From: Chitinophagales bacterium
GTDB lineage: Bacteria; Bacteroidota; Bacteroidia; Chitinophagales; JADIYW01
Direction of reading: 5' to 3'
Assembly (NCBI GenBank): GCA_035438465.1
Contig: DAORIK010000001.1
Span: 1,719-65,718, forward strand
Length of the DNA stretch: 64,000 nt
Shown: positions 38,356 through 48,674 of the stretch, piece by piece
How the letters are laid out: each line of letters begins with the position of its first letter
How positions within the stretch are numbered: position 1 is the first letter of the stretch
Position numbers and translations under genes: made by a program
The notes under the pieces: generated by a model
Seen by the model: only the letters and a program-made list of their open reading frames with translations
Database searches by the model: none
What the model was told of the DNA's origin: nothing

Positions 38356-39183
38356 ATGGGATTTTTAGACATCATACAAAATATTACAAAACCTAAAGAA
38401 CATAACCATGTTGATCAGTTCCTTACTAAATTTCCAAATAAAGTAGGCTCTTATGGTTATGATCCCTGGGGATTTAATATTAATGGTATTAAACCGTTTG
38501 TGGGCGCGGGTAAATTCTTCTATGAGAACTATTTTCGTGTAGAAACACATGGTTTGGAAAATATCCCGAAAAAAGGCAGGTGCTTAATTATCGCCAATCA
38601 CAGCGGGCAGCTGCCATTAGATGCCATGATGCTTGGGTATGCCATGGTGACAAACGAATATGCACCACGAGCACCCAAAGGTATGTACGAACGTTTTGTT
38701 CCGCAGGTGCCATTCATCAGTTCTATTTTCTCTCAATGGGGTGGCACCGTAGGCGATCCTGAAAACTGCATAAAAATGCTGGAGAATGATGAAGCCGTGA
38801 TGGTTTTTCCGGAAGGTGCCCGCGGCATATCAAAACCTTATAGAAAGAAGTATCAGTTACAACGTTTCGGATTAGGTTTTATGTATATGGCTATTCAAAC
38901 AAAGTCGCCGGTAATACCTGTAGGAATCGTTGGTTGTGAGGAATCTATCATTAATTTCGGCAACATAGATTTCTTGCAACGATTAATTAAGTTTCCCGCA
39001 GCACCTGCGTTAATTCCTTTTGTTTTTCCTTCAAAAGTGATTATCAATGTAGGCAAGCCAATGTTTTTTGAAGGTGATACCTCCAGAGAATATCAGGTAC
39101 AAGAAATGGTTGGAGAAGTGAAAAATGAGATAAATAAGCTGGTTGATATTGGCCTAAAACAAAGAAAAGGCATCTTTAGCTAA
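38356..39183 (+). CDS. lysophospholipid / 1-acyl-sn-glycerol-3-phosphate acyltransferase family protein
   Basis: HX4D-type block ANHSGQLPLD and FPEGARG motif. The track start at 38347 is TTG; the ATG is at 38356. Confidence 0.75.
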   Translation: MGFLDIIQNITKPKEHNHVDQFLTKFPNKVGSYGYDPWGFNINGIKPFVGAGKFFYENYFRVETHGLENIPKKGRCLIIANHSGQLPLDAMMLGYAMVTNEYAPRAPKGMYERFVPQVPFISSIFSQWGGTVGDPENCIKMLENDEAVMVFPEGARGISKPYRKKYQLQRFGLGFMYMAIQTKSPVIPVGIVGCEESIINFGNIDFLQRLIKFPAAPALIPFVFPSKVIINVGKPMFFEGDTSREYQVQEMVGEVKNEINKLVDIGLKQRKGIFS

Positions 39184-39452
39184 TTTTTAAGTATTTAATA
39201 ATCAGTATATTATATTATTTTTGAAATTTTTTTGAAGTGTTTTATTAAAAAATTCAACACGATATCAAAAATATTATTTAATTTTACTTTGTATTTAAGG
39301 AATATTGATAAAACCCTAAACCCTTTAATTAATATTTCCATTTTCTTTTAACGAGTTAATTCAGTATTGCAATCGACAATTTTTGTGTGCAAATCTGTAT
39401 TTAGCTTTAAACAGAACATTTTATTAATTAACTAACATAAAAAATCAAAAAA

Positions 39453-40781
39453 ATGAAACGTAGATCCCCTTACTTAATGATTGCCACACTATTTTGTGTG
39501 CTTTTCTTATCATCTTGTTTAAAAGATGATGCAGTTTCGCCAACTTCACAGCGACTTGGCGGAACAGGACCTCAGGTTAATGACCCATTTACCGGTTTAT
39601 TAGTCCCATTAGCTGGAAACGGTTATATTACAAAACCCGCTCCGGGCGGGACAGAAGTAATTACTGCAACCGGATTGTCTAATTGGACTAATAAAAATAC
39701 AGTAACAAGTACTTTCTTTCATGTGGGCAGCACTGGTGAACTGACTATAGAATTCAAAGCTGCTGTGCCATCCGGTACAAGTGTAATAAAAGCATTTGTA
39801 AACGGAAAGGAATATACAATAACTGATGTTACTGGTAATACCTATAAAAATTATAGAATTACATTGTTGAATGTTACTAAACAAGGATACATTAAAGTAG
39901 ACTTACAAGGTGTTAGTAATACAAATAATGGAGTATTTGCAAATGTTTCAGATATTGTGTTGTTTGCTTCAACTCTAAATCTATCCAGTGTTTCTTTTGC
40001 AAACAATCCGGCGTCTTACGATGCATCCAGAATAGGTGCAGATGTACGAATGGAATATGTTATGCCTAACGGTGCTACACCGGAGTGGTTTTATAACGAG
40101 GTAGCTGTGTCAGTTGGTTCAGACAAGGCAGGTACTAATTTTATTAGTAATGGTTTTGTTGGCGGCAATGCCGGTATTCAGATTACTGCCAATGGAGAGA
40201 AAAGAATGATATTCTTTGTTTCCAATACTCCCGTTGCTAACGCAAAACTTATAAAGAAAGGTGCAGGTGTTTTGGAAGAAGCATCATCTGCCGGTAAATC
40301 TCTTTATGTAAATTTTGACTGGAGCGTTGGGACTTCTTATAAGTTTCTGACACACGCTAAACCTGATGGAGAAGGTAATACTGTTTACTCTTGCTGGTTT
40401 TACACACCTGAAACAGATCAATGGAATTTTATTGGAACATGCGGCAGACCAAATACAAACAACTATTTGTCAGGTTTATATTCTTCTCTGCAAGGTACTA
40501 CTACTGCAAATACTTATTTGCCAAGAAGAGTGTCTTTTATCAATCAATGGATAAACGTAAATGGAAACTGGTCGGAAATGACGACTGCAACATTTAAAGG
40601 TGATGATGTAGTTGCTGCGAACAAACAACGCTTAGATTATACAGCATCAACATCCAATTATTTATTTTCATTGAGAAATTTAGGTTTTGCGTATGATAAT
40701 AATCTGTCGTTAAACAGTAACTTAACAAGAATGGCAACAGGCAATGCACCATCAGTTGATTTGAATAATTTACCACAATAA
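39453..40781 (+). CDS. exported lipoprotein, possibly DUF5077/DUF3472-type
   Basis: Lipobox LSSC. 442 aa and beta-rich. Family assignment is from memory only. Confidence 0.45.
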   Translation: MKRRSPYLMIATLFCVLFLSSCLKDDAVSPTSQRLGGTGPQVNDPFTGLLVPLAGNGYITKPAPGGTEVITATGLSNWTNKNTVTSTFFHVGSTGELTIEFKAAVPSGTSVIKAFVNGKEYTITDVTGNTYKNYRITLLNVTKQGYIKVDLQGVSNTNNGVFANVSDIVLFASTLNLSSVSFANNPASYDASRIGADVRMEYVMPNGATPEWFYNEVAVSVGSDKAGTNFISNGFVGGNAGIQITANGEKRMIFFVSNTPVANAKLIKKGAGVLEEASSAGKSLYVNFDWSVGTSYKFLTHAKPDGEGNTVYSCWFYTPETDQWNFIGTCGRPNTNNYLSGLYSSLQGTTTANTYLPRRVSFINQWINVNGNWSEMTTATFKGDDVVAANKQRLDYTASTSNYLFSLRNLGFAYDNNLSLNSNLTRMATGNAPSVDLNNLPQ

Positions 40782-40801
40782 TTAAATCGAAATTACAATA
40801 T

Positions 40802-40837
40802 AAAAAATGCCGGATTATTTATAATCCGGCATTTTTG
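40802..40837. terminator. bidirectional rho-independent terminator between the lipoprotein gene and lon
   Basis: AAAAAATGCCGGATTAT-TT-ATAATCCGGCATTTTT: a perfect 12-bp stem flanked by an A-run and a T-run. Confidence 0.8.
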
Positions 40838-40864
40838 TTATCATCTTGTTGACATATATTCTAC

Positions 40865-43297
40865 CTATACAAACTTTAATGCATCCTTTACTTTCTTTTT
40901 TTCTAATGCAAGCTCTAACACTTCATCCATATTTTCTACGTAGTGAAATTTCAACCCTTTGATGAAATCAGCCTGTACTTCGTCTACGTCTTTTTCATTT
41001 TCTCTGCATAAAATAATTTCTTTAATACCGGCACGTTTGGCTGCTAATATTTTTTCTTTTATACCACCAACCGGCAATACTTTTCCACGTAAGGTTATTT
41101 CACCGCTTAATGCTGTAAACGCTTTTATTTTTCGTTGTGTATATAAAGAAGTTAATGCTGAAAGTATAGCAATACCGGCACTTGGTCCATCTTTTGGTAT
41201 AGCACCTTCCGGTACATGAATGTGTAAATTCCAATTGGTAAATGCTTCTTTCGGAATTTGCAAAACATCTGCTTTGCTTTGCAGATAACTCAGCGCGGTA
41301 TTAAATGACTCTTTCATTACATTACCTAAATTTCCGGTAATGGTTACACTTCCTTTTCCGCGGCTCGAAGACGATTCTATAAATAAAATATCTCCCCCAA
41401 ACGGCGTCCAGGCTAAACCAATAGCCACACCGCAAGGATTGTTTTCCGAATATTTATCATGGTTGTATTTAGGCTTTCCTAAAATACGAGTAATGTCTTC
41501 AATAGAAATGGCCGTATTATAATCTTCTTCAGTAGCTACACTTTTTGCCACATTGCGCATAATGGAAGCAATCACTCTGTCTAATTCACGCACACCACTT
41601 TCATACGTATAATTGTGAATTAGATACTGAATAACTTTGTCATTCAATTTTACTTGTGATGCCTTCAGGCCATGCGCTTCGCGTTGTTTAGCTACTAAAT
41701 GCTTTTTCGCGATTTCTGTTTTTTCTTCCAAAGAATAGCCACTTAGTTGTATGATTTCCATTCTGTCTCGTAAGGCAGGTTGTATTTCACCAATGCTGTT
41801 GGCTGTTGCAATGAATAACACTTTAGATAAGTCGTATTCCAATTCCAGATAGTTATCGTAGAATGTAGTGTTTTGCTCCGGGTCCAATACTTCTAATAAA
41901 GCTGATGAAGGATCGCCACGATGATCTTTCCCTACTTTATCAATTTCATCTAATATAAAAACAGGATTCGATGATTGTACTTTTTTAAGCGACTGAATAA
42001 TTCTGCCGGGCATAGCACCGATATAGGTTTTTCGGTGACCACGAATTTCACTTTCATCATGCAGACCACCTAATGACATGCGCACATATTTTCTGTCTAA
42101 TGCACGCGCAATACTTTTTCCTAAAGATGTTTTACCAACGCCCGGAGGGCCAATAAAACAAAGTATCGGAGACTTCATATCGCCTTTTAGTTTTAATACA
42201 GCGAGGTATTCCAGGATTCTGTCTTTGATTTTATCCAACCCAAAATGATCTTCATCTAAAATTTTCTTACCGCGTTTCAAATCAAAATTATCCTGCGTGG
42301 TTTCGTTCCAGGGAAGTTCTACCATCAAATCCAGATAATTCAAAATCACCGAGTATTCTGCCGCTGCCGGATTCATACGTTTGATGCGTTCAATTTCTTT
42401 GTCAAATGCTTTTGCCACCGCCTCACTCCATTTTTTTGCGGCTGCTTTTTCTTTCAAACGGTTGAGCTCTTCCTGATACATGTCGCCACCCAATTCTTCC
42501 TGAATAGCGCGCATTTGTTGATTCAGAAAATATTCACGCTGTTGTTTGTCAATATCTGTTCTGGTTTTGTTGTGAATATTTGCTTTGAGTTCTTGCAGCT
42601 GCAATTCCTGATGTAAGTATTTTAAAACCTGCTGCACGCGTTCGTGTGCATCATTTGTTTCTAAAATTTGTTGTTTTTGTGCTAATTCAATATTCAGGTT
42701 GGATGTGATAAAATTGGCAAGAAACTTAATATTATTGATGTTGTTTAATACAATCTTTGCTTCATTCGGAATATTCGGTGACAACTCAATAATTTTATTG
42801 GCCATATCTTTCAGGTTGTCCATCATGGCTTTTTCTTCTTTGGCGTCCACCATTGGCACATCCGGTAAGTATTCCACTTCGGCTTCTATAATGGGTTCTG
42901 CAGAAACATTTTGTTTTACAATAAAACGTTTCACACCTTGAAGAATCAAGGTATTGCCGCCATCCGGCATCGATAACATTTTAATGATTTTAGCTGTGGT
43001 ACCCACATTATACAAATCGCCTGGTTCCGGCTCTTCAATTTTGGTGTCACGTTGCGCAATCACGCCAACGTATTTGTTTTCTTTGTATGCTTTTTTAATG
43101 GCTTTGATGGATTTTTCTCTGCCTACGGAAATAGGGATCACCACGCCGGCAAATAAGACATTATTGCGCAAAGGCAAGATTGGAAGCACTTTCGGCAAGT
43201 TATCGTGATTGGTATTGTCATCTTCTTCTACGGATAGAAGCGGCACCATTTCTACATCTTCTTCAATGATATTCTGCAATTCAATTTTCTGAAACAT
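40865..43297 (-). CDS. lon: ATP-dependent Lon protease (endopeptidase La)
   Basis: 810 aa. Walker A GPPGVGKTS and protease active-site PKDGPSAGIA. Confidence 0.95.
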   Translation of the reverse strand: MFQKIELQNIIEEDVEMVPLLSVEEDDNTNHDNLPKVLPILPLRNNVLFAGVVIPISVGREKSIKAIKKAYKENKYVGVIAQRDTKIEEPEPGDLYNVGTTAKIIKMLSMPDGGNTLILQGVKRFIVKQNVSAEPIIEAEVEYLPDVPMVDAKEEKAMMDNLKDMANKIIELSPNIPNEAKIVLNNINNIKFLANFITSNLNIELAQKQQILETNDAHERVQQVLKYLHQELQLQELKANIHNKTRTDIDKQQREYFLNQQMRAIQEELGGDMYQEELNRLKEKAAAKKWSEAVAKAFDKEIERIKRMNPAAAEYSVILNYLDLMVELPWNETTQDNFDLKRGKKILDEDHFGLDKIKDRILEYLAVLKLKGDMKSPILCFIGPPGVGKTSLGKSIARALDRKYVRMSLGGLHDESEIRGHRKTYIGAMPGRIIQSLKKVQSSNPVFILDEIDKVGKDHRGDPSSALLEVLDPEQNTTFYDNYLELEYDLSKVLFIATANSIGEIQPALRDRMEIIQLSGYSLEEKTEIAKKHLVAKQREAHGLKASQVKLNDKVIQYLIHNYTYESGVRELDRVIASIMRNVAKSVATEEDYNTAISIEDITRILGKPKYNHDKYSENNPCGVAIGLAWTPFGGDILFIESSSSRGKGSVTITGNLGNVMKESFNTALSYLQSKADVLQIPKEAFTNWNLHIHVPEGAIPKDGPSAGIAILSALTSLYTQRKIKAFTALSGEITLRGKVLPVGGIKEKILAAKRAGIKEIILCRENEKDVDEVQADFIKGLKFHYVENMDEVLELALEKKKVKDALKFV

Positions 43298-43487
43298 AAG
43301 TAAATTTAATTCAATTTCGACAATATGACATATTCCTTACAAAATATAAGGTTTTTTAATAGATGCAAGATGTGTGCCGAGGTTAGAATTAAAGTGGGAA
43401 TAAGAAATAATGGCAGAATTTGTAATAATTTTTGTTACCCAAATATTATTGTTATTTTTGCATCCCGAATTTGTCGGGACAAAAAAT

Positions 43488-43574
43488 GGAGACGTGTCCG
43501 AGTGGTTGAAGGAGCACGCCTGGAAAGTGTGTATATGGGAAACTGTATCATGAGTTCGAATCTCATCGTCTCCG
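43488..43574 (+). tRNA. tRNA-Ser (anticodon GGA)
   Basis: GGAGACG...CGTCTCC acceptor stem. Anticodon loop CT-GGA-AA, long variable arm, T-arm GAGTTCGAATCTC and discriminator G. 87 nt with no encoded CCA. Confidence 0.9.
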
Positions 43575-43582
43575 CAAAAAAA

Positions 43583-43612
43583 AACGTCAAGATTATTCTT
43601 GACGTTTTTTTG
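43583..43612. terminator. rho-independent (bidirectional) terminator after tRNA-Ser and the convergent acyl-CoA dehydrogenase gene
   Basis: AACGTCAAG (43583-43591) pairs with CTTGACGTT (43598-43606). An A9 run precedes it and TTTTTTGTTTTT follows. Confidence 0.8.
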
Positions 43613-43656
43613 TTTTTCATCGTGCCACAATTATCGTGGCACAATGAAAAAACATT

Positions 43657-44805
43657 TTATACTTTGCCGCTCAGCACACCACGAGAAATAACAATACGTT
43701 GTACTTCTGAGGTGCCTTCGTATATCTGCGTAATTTTTGCATCGCGCATTAATCTTTCCACATGATATTCTTTAACATAGCCATACCCGCCGTGTATTTG
43801 TACCGCTTCTGTGGTCACACGCATCGCTACTTCTGATGCAAATAATTTTGCAGTTGCCGAAGCAATCGCATAATCTTTATGCTGGTCTTTTAACCAGGCT
43901 GCTTTATACACCAATAAACGTGCTGCTTCAATTTGCGTAGCCATATCAGCTAATTTAAATTGAATAATCTGGTGATTGGAAATTTCTGTACCAAATGCTT
44001 TGCGCACTTTTGAATATTCTACCGCTAATTCGTATGCACCGGCTGCAATGCCTAATGCCTGTGCTGCGATGCCAATTCTTCCGCCTTCCAACGTTTTCAT
44101 GGCAAACTTAAAGCCAAAACCATCTTCACCGATTCTGTTTTCCTTTGGCACTTTCACATCCGTAAATAACAAGGAATGTGTGTCTGATGCACGGATACCT
44201 AATTTATCTTCTTTCGCTCCAATTTCAAAACCGGGCATGCCTTTTTCTACAATTAACACATTGATACCGCGATGTCCTTTCTCAGGATGCGTTTGTGCAA
44301 TGACTAAATACGTATCTGCTTTACCGCCATTGGTTATCCAGTTTTTGGTACCGTTCAGTAAATAATAATCACCTTTATCTTCAGCAGTTGTTTTCTGTGA
44401 AGTGGCGTCACTGCCGGCTTCCGGTTCGCTTAATGCAAACGCACCTAATTTTTCACCTTTTGCTAAAGGAACCAAATAGTTGCGTTTTTGTTCTTCTGTT
44501 CCATATTCTTCGAGTCCCCAACAAACTAAGGAATTGTTTACGGACATGGCTACAGAGCAAGATGCATCTAATTTAGAGATTTCTTCCATAGCAATGCAAT
44601 ACGAAAGAGCATCCATTCCACCGCCGCCATATTTGGTATCTACCATCATACCCATGAAGCCTAATTCACCCATTTGTTTGATAAATTCTGTCGGATGTAT
44701 CATATCACGATCGCGCTCAATAACTCCGGGCTTTAAAACGGTTTGCGTAAAGTTGCGAGCCATTTCGCGTATTTGCTGATGTTCTTCGGTGAGTTGGAAA
44801 TCCAT
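43657..44805 (-). CDS. acyl-CoA dehydrogenase (short/medium-chain type)
   Basis: 382 aa with ACAD motifs (ALSEPEAGSD, QIHGGYGY, YEGTSEVQR). Confidence 0.9.
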   Translation of the reverse strand: MDFQLTEEHQQIREMARNFTQTVLKPGVIERDRDMIHPTEFIKQMGELGFMGMMVDTKYGGGGMDALSYCIAMEEISKLDASCSVAMSVNNSLVCWGLEEYGTEEQKRNYLVPLAKGEKLGAFALSEPEAGSDATSQKTTAEDKGDYYLLNGTKNWITNGGKADTYLVIAQTHPEKGHRGINVLIVEKGMPGFEIGAKEDKLGIRASDTHSLLFTDVKVPKENRIGEDGFGFKFAMKTLEGGRIGIAAQALGIAAGAYELAVEYSKVRKAFGTEISNHQIIQFKLADMATQIEAARLLVYKAAWLKDQHKDYAIASATAKLFASEVAMRVTTEAVQIHGGYGYVKEYHVERLMRDAKITQIYEGTSEVQRIVISRGVLSGKV

Positions 44806-44841
44806 TTTTTATTTTTTAAGAATGCGAAAATACGGTTTTTA

Positions 44842-44870
44842 GTTGACAGTTGACAAATAGTATGTTGACA
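44842..44870. repeat. three copies of GTTGACA (two tandem, one after a degenerate unit)
   Basis: gttgaca gttgaca aatagta t gttgaca, read directly in the 68-nt spacer between rfaE2-like and acd. Confidence 0.8.
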
Positions 44871-44873
44871 ATT

Positions 44874-45338
44874 TTATGGATTGTTTTGTTCAATGATTTT
44901 AGTAGTCGAAAATCCTTCTAAAAGTGGAATAATAACAGTTTGTAGTGCGATTTTGTTGCCAACTATTTCTTCTTTTTTATAATCACCTCCTTTCACTAAC
45001 ACATTAGGTTTTATTTTTTCTATCAAAAGTAAAGGTGTGTCTTCCTCAAAAGGTATAACATAGTCAACAATTTCCAAATTGGCTAATTTTTGCATTCTTA
45101 ATTCTATTGATTCTATGGGACGTGTTATTCCTTTCAGTCGCTTTACAGAAGCATCATCATTCACAGCGACAATTAAAATATCACCGAGTTTTTTAGCTGC
45201 TTTCAATAAATATAAATGACCCTCGTGCAATAAATCAAAGCAACCGTTGGTAAAAACAATAGTTTGCTTTTTTCTCTCGTGTTGTTGAAGAAAAGCATCT
45301 AAATCTATAATGATTTTTGATGAAAGATTATTGTTCAT
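44874..45338 (-). CDS. cytidylyl/adenylyltransferase, RfaE domain II-like
   Basis: 154 aa with nucleotidyltransferase motif NGCFDLLHEGH. Confidence 0.75.
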   Translation of the reverse strand: MNNNLSSKIIIDLDAFLQQHERKKQTIVFTNGCFDLLHEGHLYLLKAAKKLGDILIVAVNDDASVKRLKGITRPIESIELRMQKLANLEIVDYVIPFEEDTPLLLIEKIKPNVLVKGGDYKKEEIVGNKIALQTVIIPLLEGFSTTKIIEQNNP

Positions 45339-46341
45339 TTGCTTCAGTTTGCTTCTCTTCTTTATTAAACAAAGCTAAGAATATCAAACTAAGGATTCCA
45401 CCAGCCAAAACAAAAACGGTTTGTACTGTCCATGAAATCCAGCCATAAGAAAAACCAATAACAGGAGCTATTCCATAAGTTTCCAGTACTTTCTGTGTTA
45501 CAATCTGGAAGGCACCGATTCCTCCTTGTGTAGCAACCATGGCGAATCCGCCAAAAAATACTGATGCCATTGCGGCAGACCAGCCTAAATGCGCAGTTTC
45601 TGTTAGGCATTTAAAACCGAAGTAAGGCATTAAAATATAACAAATCCAAATGGCAATTGTATGAAAAATAAATTCCCGTTTTCTGTCGATATCTTTAATG
45701 GAAATTATACCTTGCCACAATCCTTTTAGTTTTGTTAGGATGATATTTTCTTCTCTAACTATTTCATCGTGTATCTTCTTTTTCTTGTTTAAAAAGAAAA
45801 AGACAATTCCACCAATTGCAATAACTACTACAGCAATGATGCCTAATTTTACAAAATTTACTTTAGCAAACATGTCTGCAAAAAACTGATAAAATCTTTG
45901 GTACTCCAACAATAAGATGATGCCTCCTAAAATGAGAATACAAACCAAATCTATTATTCTTTCCAGCACCATGGTACCAATGGATTTTTCTACAGGTACA
46001 TTTTCATACTTATATAAAATGGTACAGCGCATTACTTCTCCTAATCTTGGAAACAGGAGATTGGCAAAAAACATAATCATAACGGCAGAAAATGTATTCC
46101 AGTAATTGGGTGTATATCCAAGCGGTTTTAATAAAATTCGCCAGCGTTCCGTTCTGAAAAAGTTACTCAGTAATCCGAAAAAGATCAATAAAACAACCCA
46201 ACTGTAATTAGCTCTTTTGAAAGAATCGGCAATCATTTGCTTGTGTTCCGGTGTGATGCCGCGCATTGACCAGTAAACCAATCCAATTCCAATGCCTAAA
46301 GAAATGATAAATTTAATGATATTACCGAGTTGTTTTTTCAA
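45328..46341 (-). CDS. UPF0104 / lysylphosphatidylglycerol-synthase-TM-region-like membrane protein
   Basis: 337 aa with about 8 TM helices. TTG start. Overlaps the downstream gene by 11 nt. Confidence 0.6.
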   Translation of the reverse strand: MKKQLGNIIKFIISLGIGIGLVYWSMRGITPEHKQMIADSFKRANYSWVVLLIFFGLLSNFFRTERWRILLKPLGYTPNYWNTFSAVMIMFFANLLFPRLGEVMRCTILYKYENVPVEKSIGTMVLERIIDLVCILILGGIILLLEYQRFYQFFADMFAKVNFVKLGIIAVVVIAIGGIVFFFLNKKKKIHDEIVREENIILTKLKGLWQGIISIKDIDRKREFIFHTIAIWICYILMPYFGFKCLTETAHLGWSAAMASVFFGGFAMVATQGGIGAFQIVTQKVLETYGIAPVIGFSYGWISWTVQTVFVLAGGILSLIFLALFNKEEKQTEANEQ

Positions 46342-46372
46342 AGCAAAATATATATTTTGGACGAAAGTAGGA

Positions 46373-46726
46373 TTAATTTTTTACTTGAGCATTATTTTCG
46401 TCTACATAAACAACTACAGGGGAGAAGTTTTTACTTTCTTCTAAAGTCATCATCGCATAGGCGATTACAATTATTTTATCGCCGAGTTGTACTAAGCGTG
46501 CTGCCGGACCATTCAAGCAAATTTGTCCGGAACCGCGTTCCCCTTTGATTACATAAGTTTCGAAGCGTTCACCGTTGTTGATGTTTACAATCTGTACTTT
46601 CTCGTTTGGTAATATACCGCTTGCCTCTAATAAATTTTCATCGATGGTAATACTGCCCATATAATTTAAGTTGGCTTCTGTAACAGTAACGCGGTGCAGT
46701 TTGGCTCTGAATAAGTGTATGAACAT
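46373..46726 (-). CDS. panD: aspartate 1-decarboxylase
   Basis: 117 aa. [21 protein letters not shown] carries the Gly-Ser self-processing site. Confidence 0.95.
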   Translation of the reverse strand: MFIHLFRAKLHRVTVTEANLNYMGSITIDENLLEASGILPNEKVQIVNINNGERFETYVIKGERGSGQICLNGPAARLVQLGDKIIVIAYAMMTLEESKNFSPVVVYVDENNAQVKN

Positions 46727-46813
46727 GATTTGTAAATTGAAATCAAAATTATTAATAAATAACGACTAACTATGTGGGATTAACGATAAATCACAAATTC
46801 TTAAACTCAATAA

Positions 46814-47665
46814 TCATTGAATGATTACATTGTCAATCAATCTGACCAAACCAACTTTAGCAGCAACTAAAACGGTTAATGGAATTTCTGCTTCATAAAC
46901 ATCAACAGGCTCTAAAGTTTTGCCATTTACAACAATCAAATATTCTAATTTTATCAGCTCATCTGTTGCTAAAATGGCAGTTTGTTCCTGTATTAATTCG
47001 GGAATTGATTTTTGCTGAATATTCTCTTTGATATAAAAAATAGCTTGTGATAATTTTACTGCGGACGCACGTTCTTCTGTATTCAACCGCATATTTCTGC
47101 TGCTCATGGCTAAACCATCTTTTTCGCGGAGTGTATCGCAAATTTCTATTTTTACAGGCAAGTGGTAATGCTCAACCAATTTGTTTAAAACCATGCATTG
47201 CTGATAATCTTTTTGTCCGAGAAAGAGTACATCGGGTTGTACAATATCTAACAAGCGTTTCACTACCTGCAATACCCCTTCAAAATGCCCTGGTCTGTGT
47301 TCTGCATCCAGTGTTTTTCCAATAAATCCTAAATTTACCTCTGTCTTTTCGAGAGTACCGTTTGGGTAGATTTCTTCTACATTCGGTACAAATACGATAT
47401 CACAGCCTGCTTCAAGCAGCATTTCTAAATCTTTGTCAAGTTGAATCGGGTATTTTTCAAAATCTTTTTTGTCATTAAATTGGGTTGGGTTGACAAAAAT
47501 ACTGGAAACGGTCACATCTGTTTTAGCCTTGCAGGCCTTAATTAAAGATATATGACCCTCATGCAAAGCACCCATTGTAGGTACGAAACCAATTACTTTC
47601 TTTTGTAATACATTGATTTTCAATAGATGTTTTTGTGTTTCCGATATAGTTTGAAAGACTCGCAT
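46814..47665 (-). CDS. panC: pantoate--beta-alanine ligase
   Basis: GFVPTMGALHEGHISL motif. I prefer the ATG at 47665 (MRVFQTISE...) over the track start at 47710. Confidence 0.9.
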   Translation of the reverse strand: MRVFQTISETQKHLLKINVLQKKVIGFVPTMGALHEGHISLIKACKAKTDVTVSSIFVNPTQFNDKKDFEKYPIQLDKDLEMLLEAGCDIVFVPNVEEIYPNGTLEKTEVNLGFIGKTLDAEHRPGHFEGVLQVVKRLLDIVQPDVLFLGQKDYQQCMVLNKLVEHYHLPVKIEICDTLREKDGLAMSSRNMRLNTEERASAVKLSQAIFYIKENIQQKSIPELIQEQTAILATDELIKLEYLIVVNGKTLEPVDVYEAEIPLTVLVAAKVGLVRLIDNVIIQ

Positions 47666-47778
47666 GGTTATTTGCTTTGCATACCCACCATCATAAAATG
47701 AATCAAACATAAGTGTAAAGAATACTTAAAATCTGATTTTATGACAGTTTCTTAAACAATTATACCACTTTAAATGCG

Positions 47779-47786
47779 TACCTTTG
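47779..47786 (+). promoter_or_regulatory. candidate -7 promoter box (TACCTTTG)
   Basis: Perfect TAnnTTTG match 47 nt upstream of the ATG at 47834. Confidence 0.4.
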
Positions 47787-47833
47787 CACACTATTTACCC
47801 ATAATAATTAAAAATTAACAGAACAAGCGGCGC

Positions 47834-48643
47834 ATGGAAAAGAAAAGATTGTTGTATGTTACTCAGGAAATGGACCCATATCTGGTGTTGACTGAGGCTG
47901 GAAGCATCGTAAAAAGACTGGCACCATATATAAATGATAATGGCTTAGAAGTGCGTGTTTTAATGCCAAGATTTGGTATCATTAATGAGCGCAGAAATCG
48001 GTTGCATGAGGTGGTACGCTTGTCGGGTATTAATATTATTATTGATAACGATGATTATCCGTTGATAATTAAAGTAGCTTCCTTGCCGGGAGCACGTATT
48101 CAGGTTTATTTTTTAGATAATGAAGAATTTTTTAAACGAAAAACCGTTTTCAATGACGAAAACGAGAAGTTCTTTGATGATAATGCAGAAAGAATGGTAT
48201 TCTTCTGCAAAGCTACTTTAGAAACAGTAAAAAAATTCGGATGGCATCCACATATCATTCATTGTCATGGCTGGATGACGAGTTTGATTCCTGTCTATAT
48301 GAAAACACAGTTTGCCAAAGATCCTGTTTTTTCCACTACAAAGATGGTTTATAGTATTTATGAGAAATCTTTTACTGAAAAACTGAATAAGAATTTTATT
48401 AAAACAGCGTTAATAGGAGATGATATCAAAGAAAAAGACTTAGCGGTATTTAAAGACTTGACAAATGAAGCGCTTACTTTAGCTGGTGTGCAATTTTCAG
48501 ATGCGGTAGTTCAGGGATCGGATAAAATAAAAGATATGGCAGCTATTAAAAAGGCGATTGGGAAAAAACCGTTCTTAGAATTTCAGGAACAGGATAATAT
48601 ATTACCGAAATATGCAGAATTCTATCAATCACTATTACAATAA
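47834..48643 (+). CDS. half-size glycogen/starch synthase-like protein (N-terminal GT5 domain only)
   Basis: 269 aa. Resembles the N-terminal Rossmann half of GlgA but lacks the KTGGL motif and the C-terminal domain. Confidence 0.65.
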   Translation: MEKKRLLYVTQEMDPYLVLTEAGSIVKRLAPYINDNGLEVRVLMPRFGIINERRNRLHEVVRLSGINIIIDNDDYPLIIKVASLPGARIQVYFLDNEEFFKRKTVFNDENEKFFDDNAERMVFFCKATLETVKKFGWHPHIIHCHGWMTSLIPVYMKTQFAKDPVFSTTKMVYSIYEKSFTEKLNKNFIKTALIGDDIKEKDLAVFKDLTNEALTLAGVQFSDAVVQGSDKIKDMAAIKKAIGKKPFLEFQEQDNILPKYAEFYQSLLQ

Positions 48644-48674
48644 AAATTGTTCCATCAACAGATATCTTTTATAA

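Noticed and set aside
43325-43765. 146-aa plus-strand ORF and two minus-strand ORFs (43337-43644) in the lon-acd spacer
   Set aside because: They run straight through the tRNA-Ser gene and its terminator, and the translation is low-complexity. The region is better explained by the tRNA plus regulatory DNA.
44842-44870. Interpreting the GTTGACA repeats as stacked sigma-70 -35 promoter hexamers
   Set aside because: The primary sigma factor of Bacteroidetes recognises TTTG / TAnnTTTG rather than TTGACA / TATAAT. No matching -10 or -7 box is at the proper spacing. It is kept only as a repeat observation.
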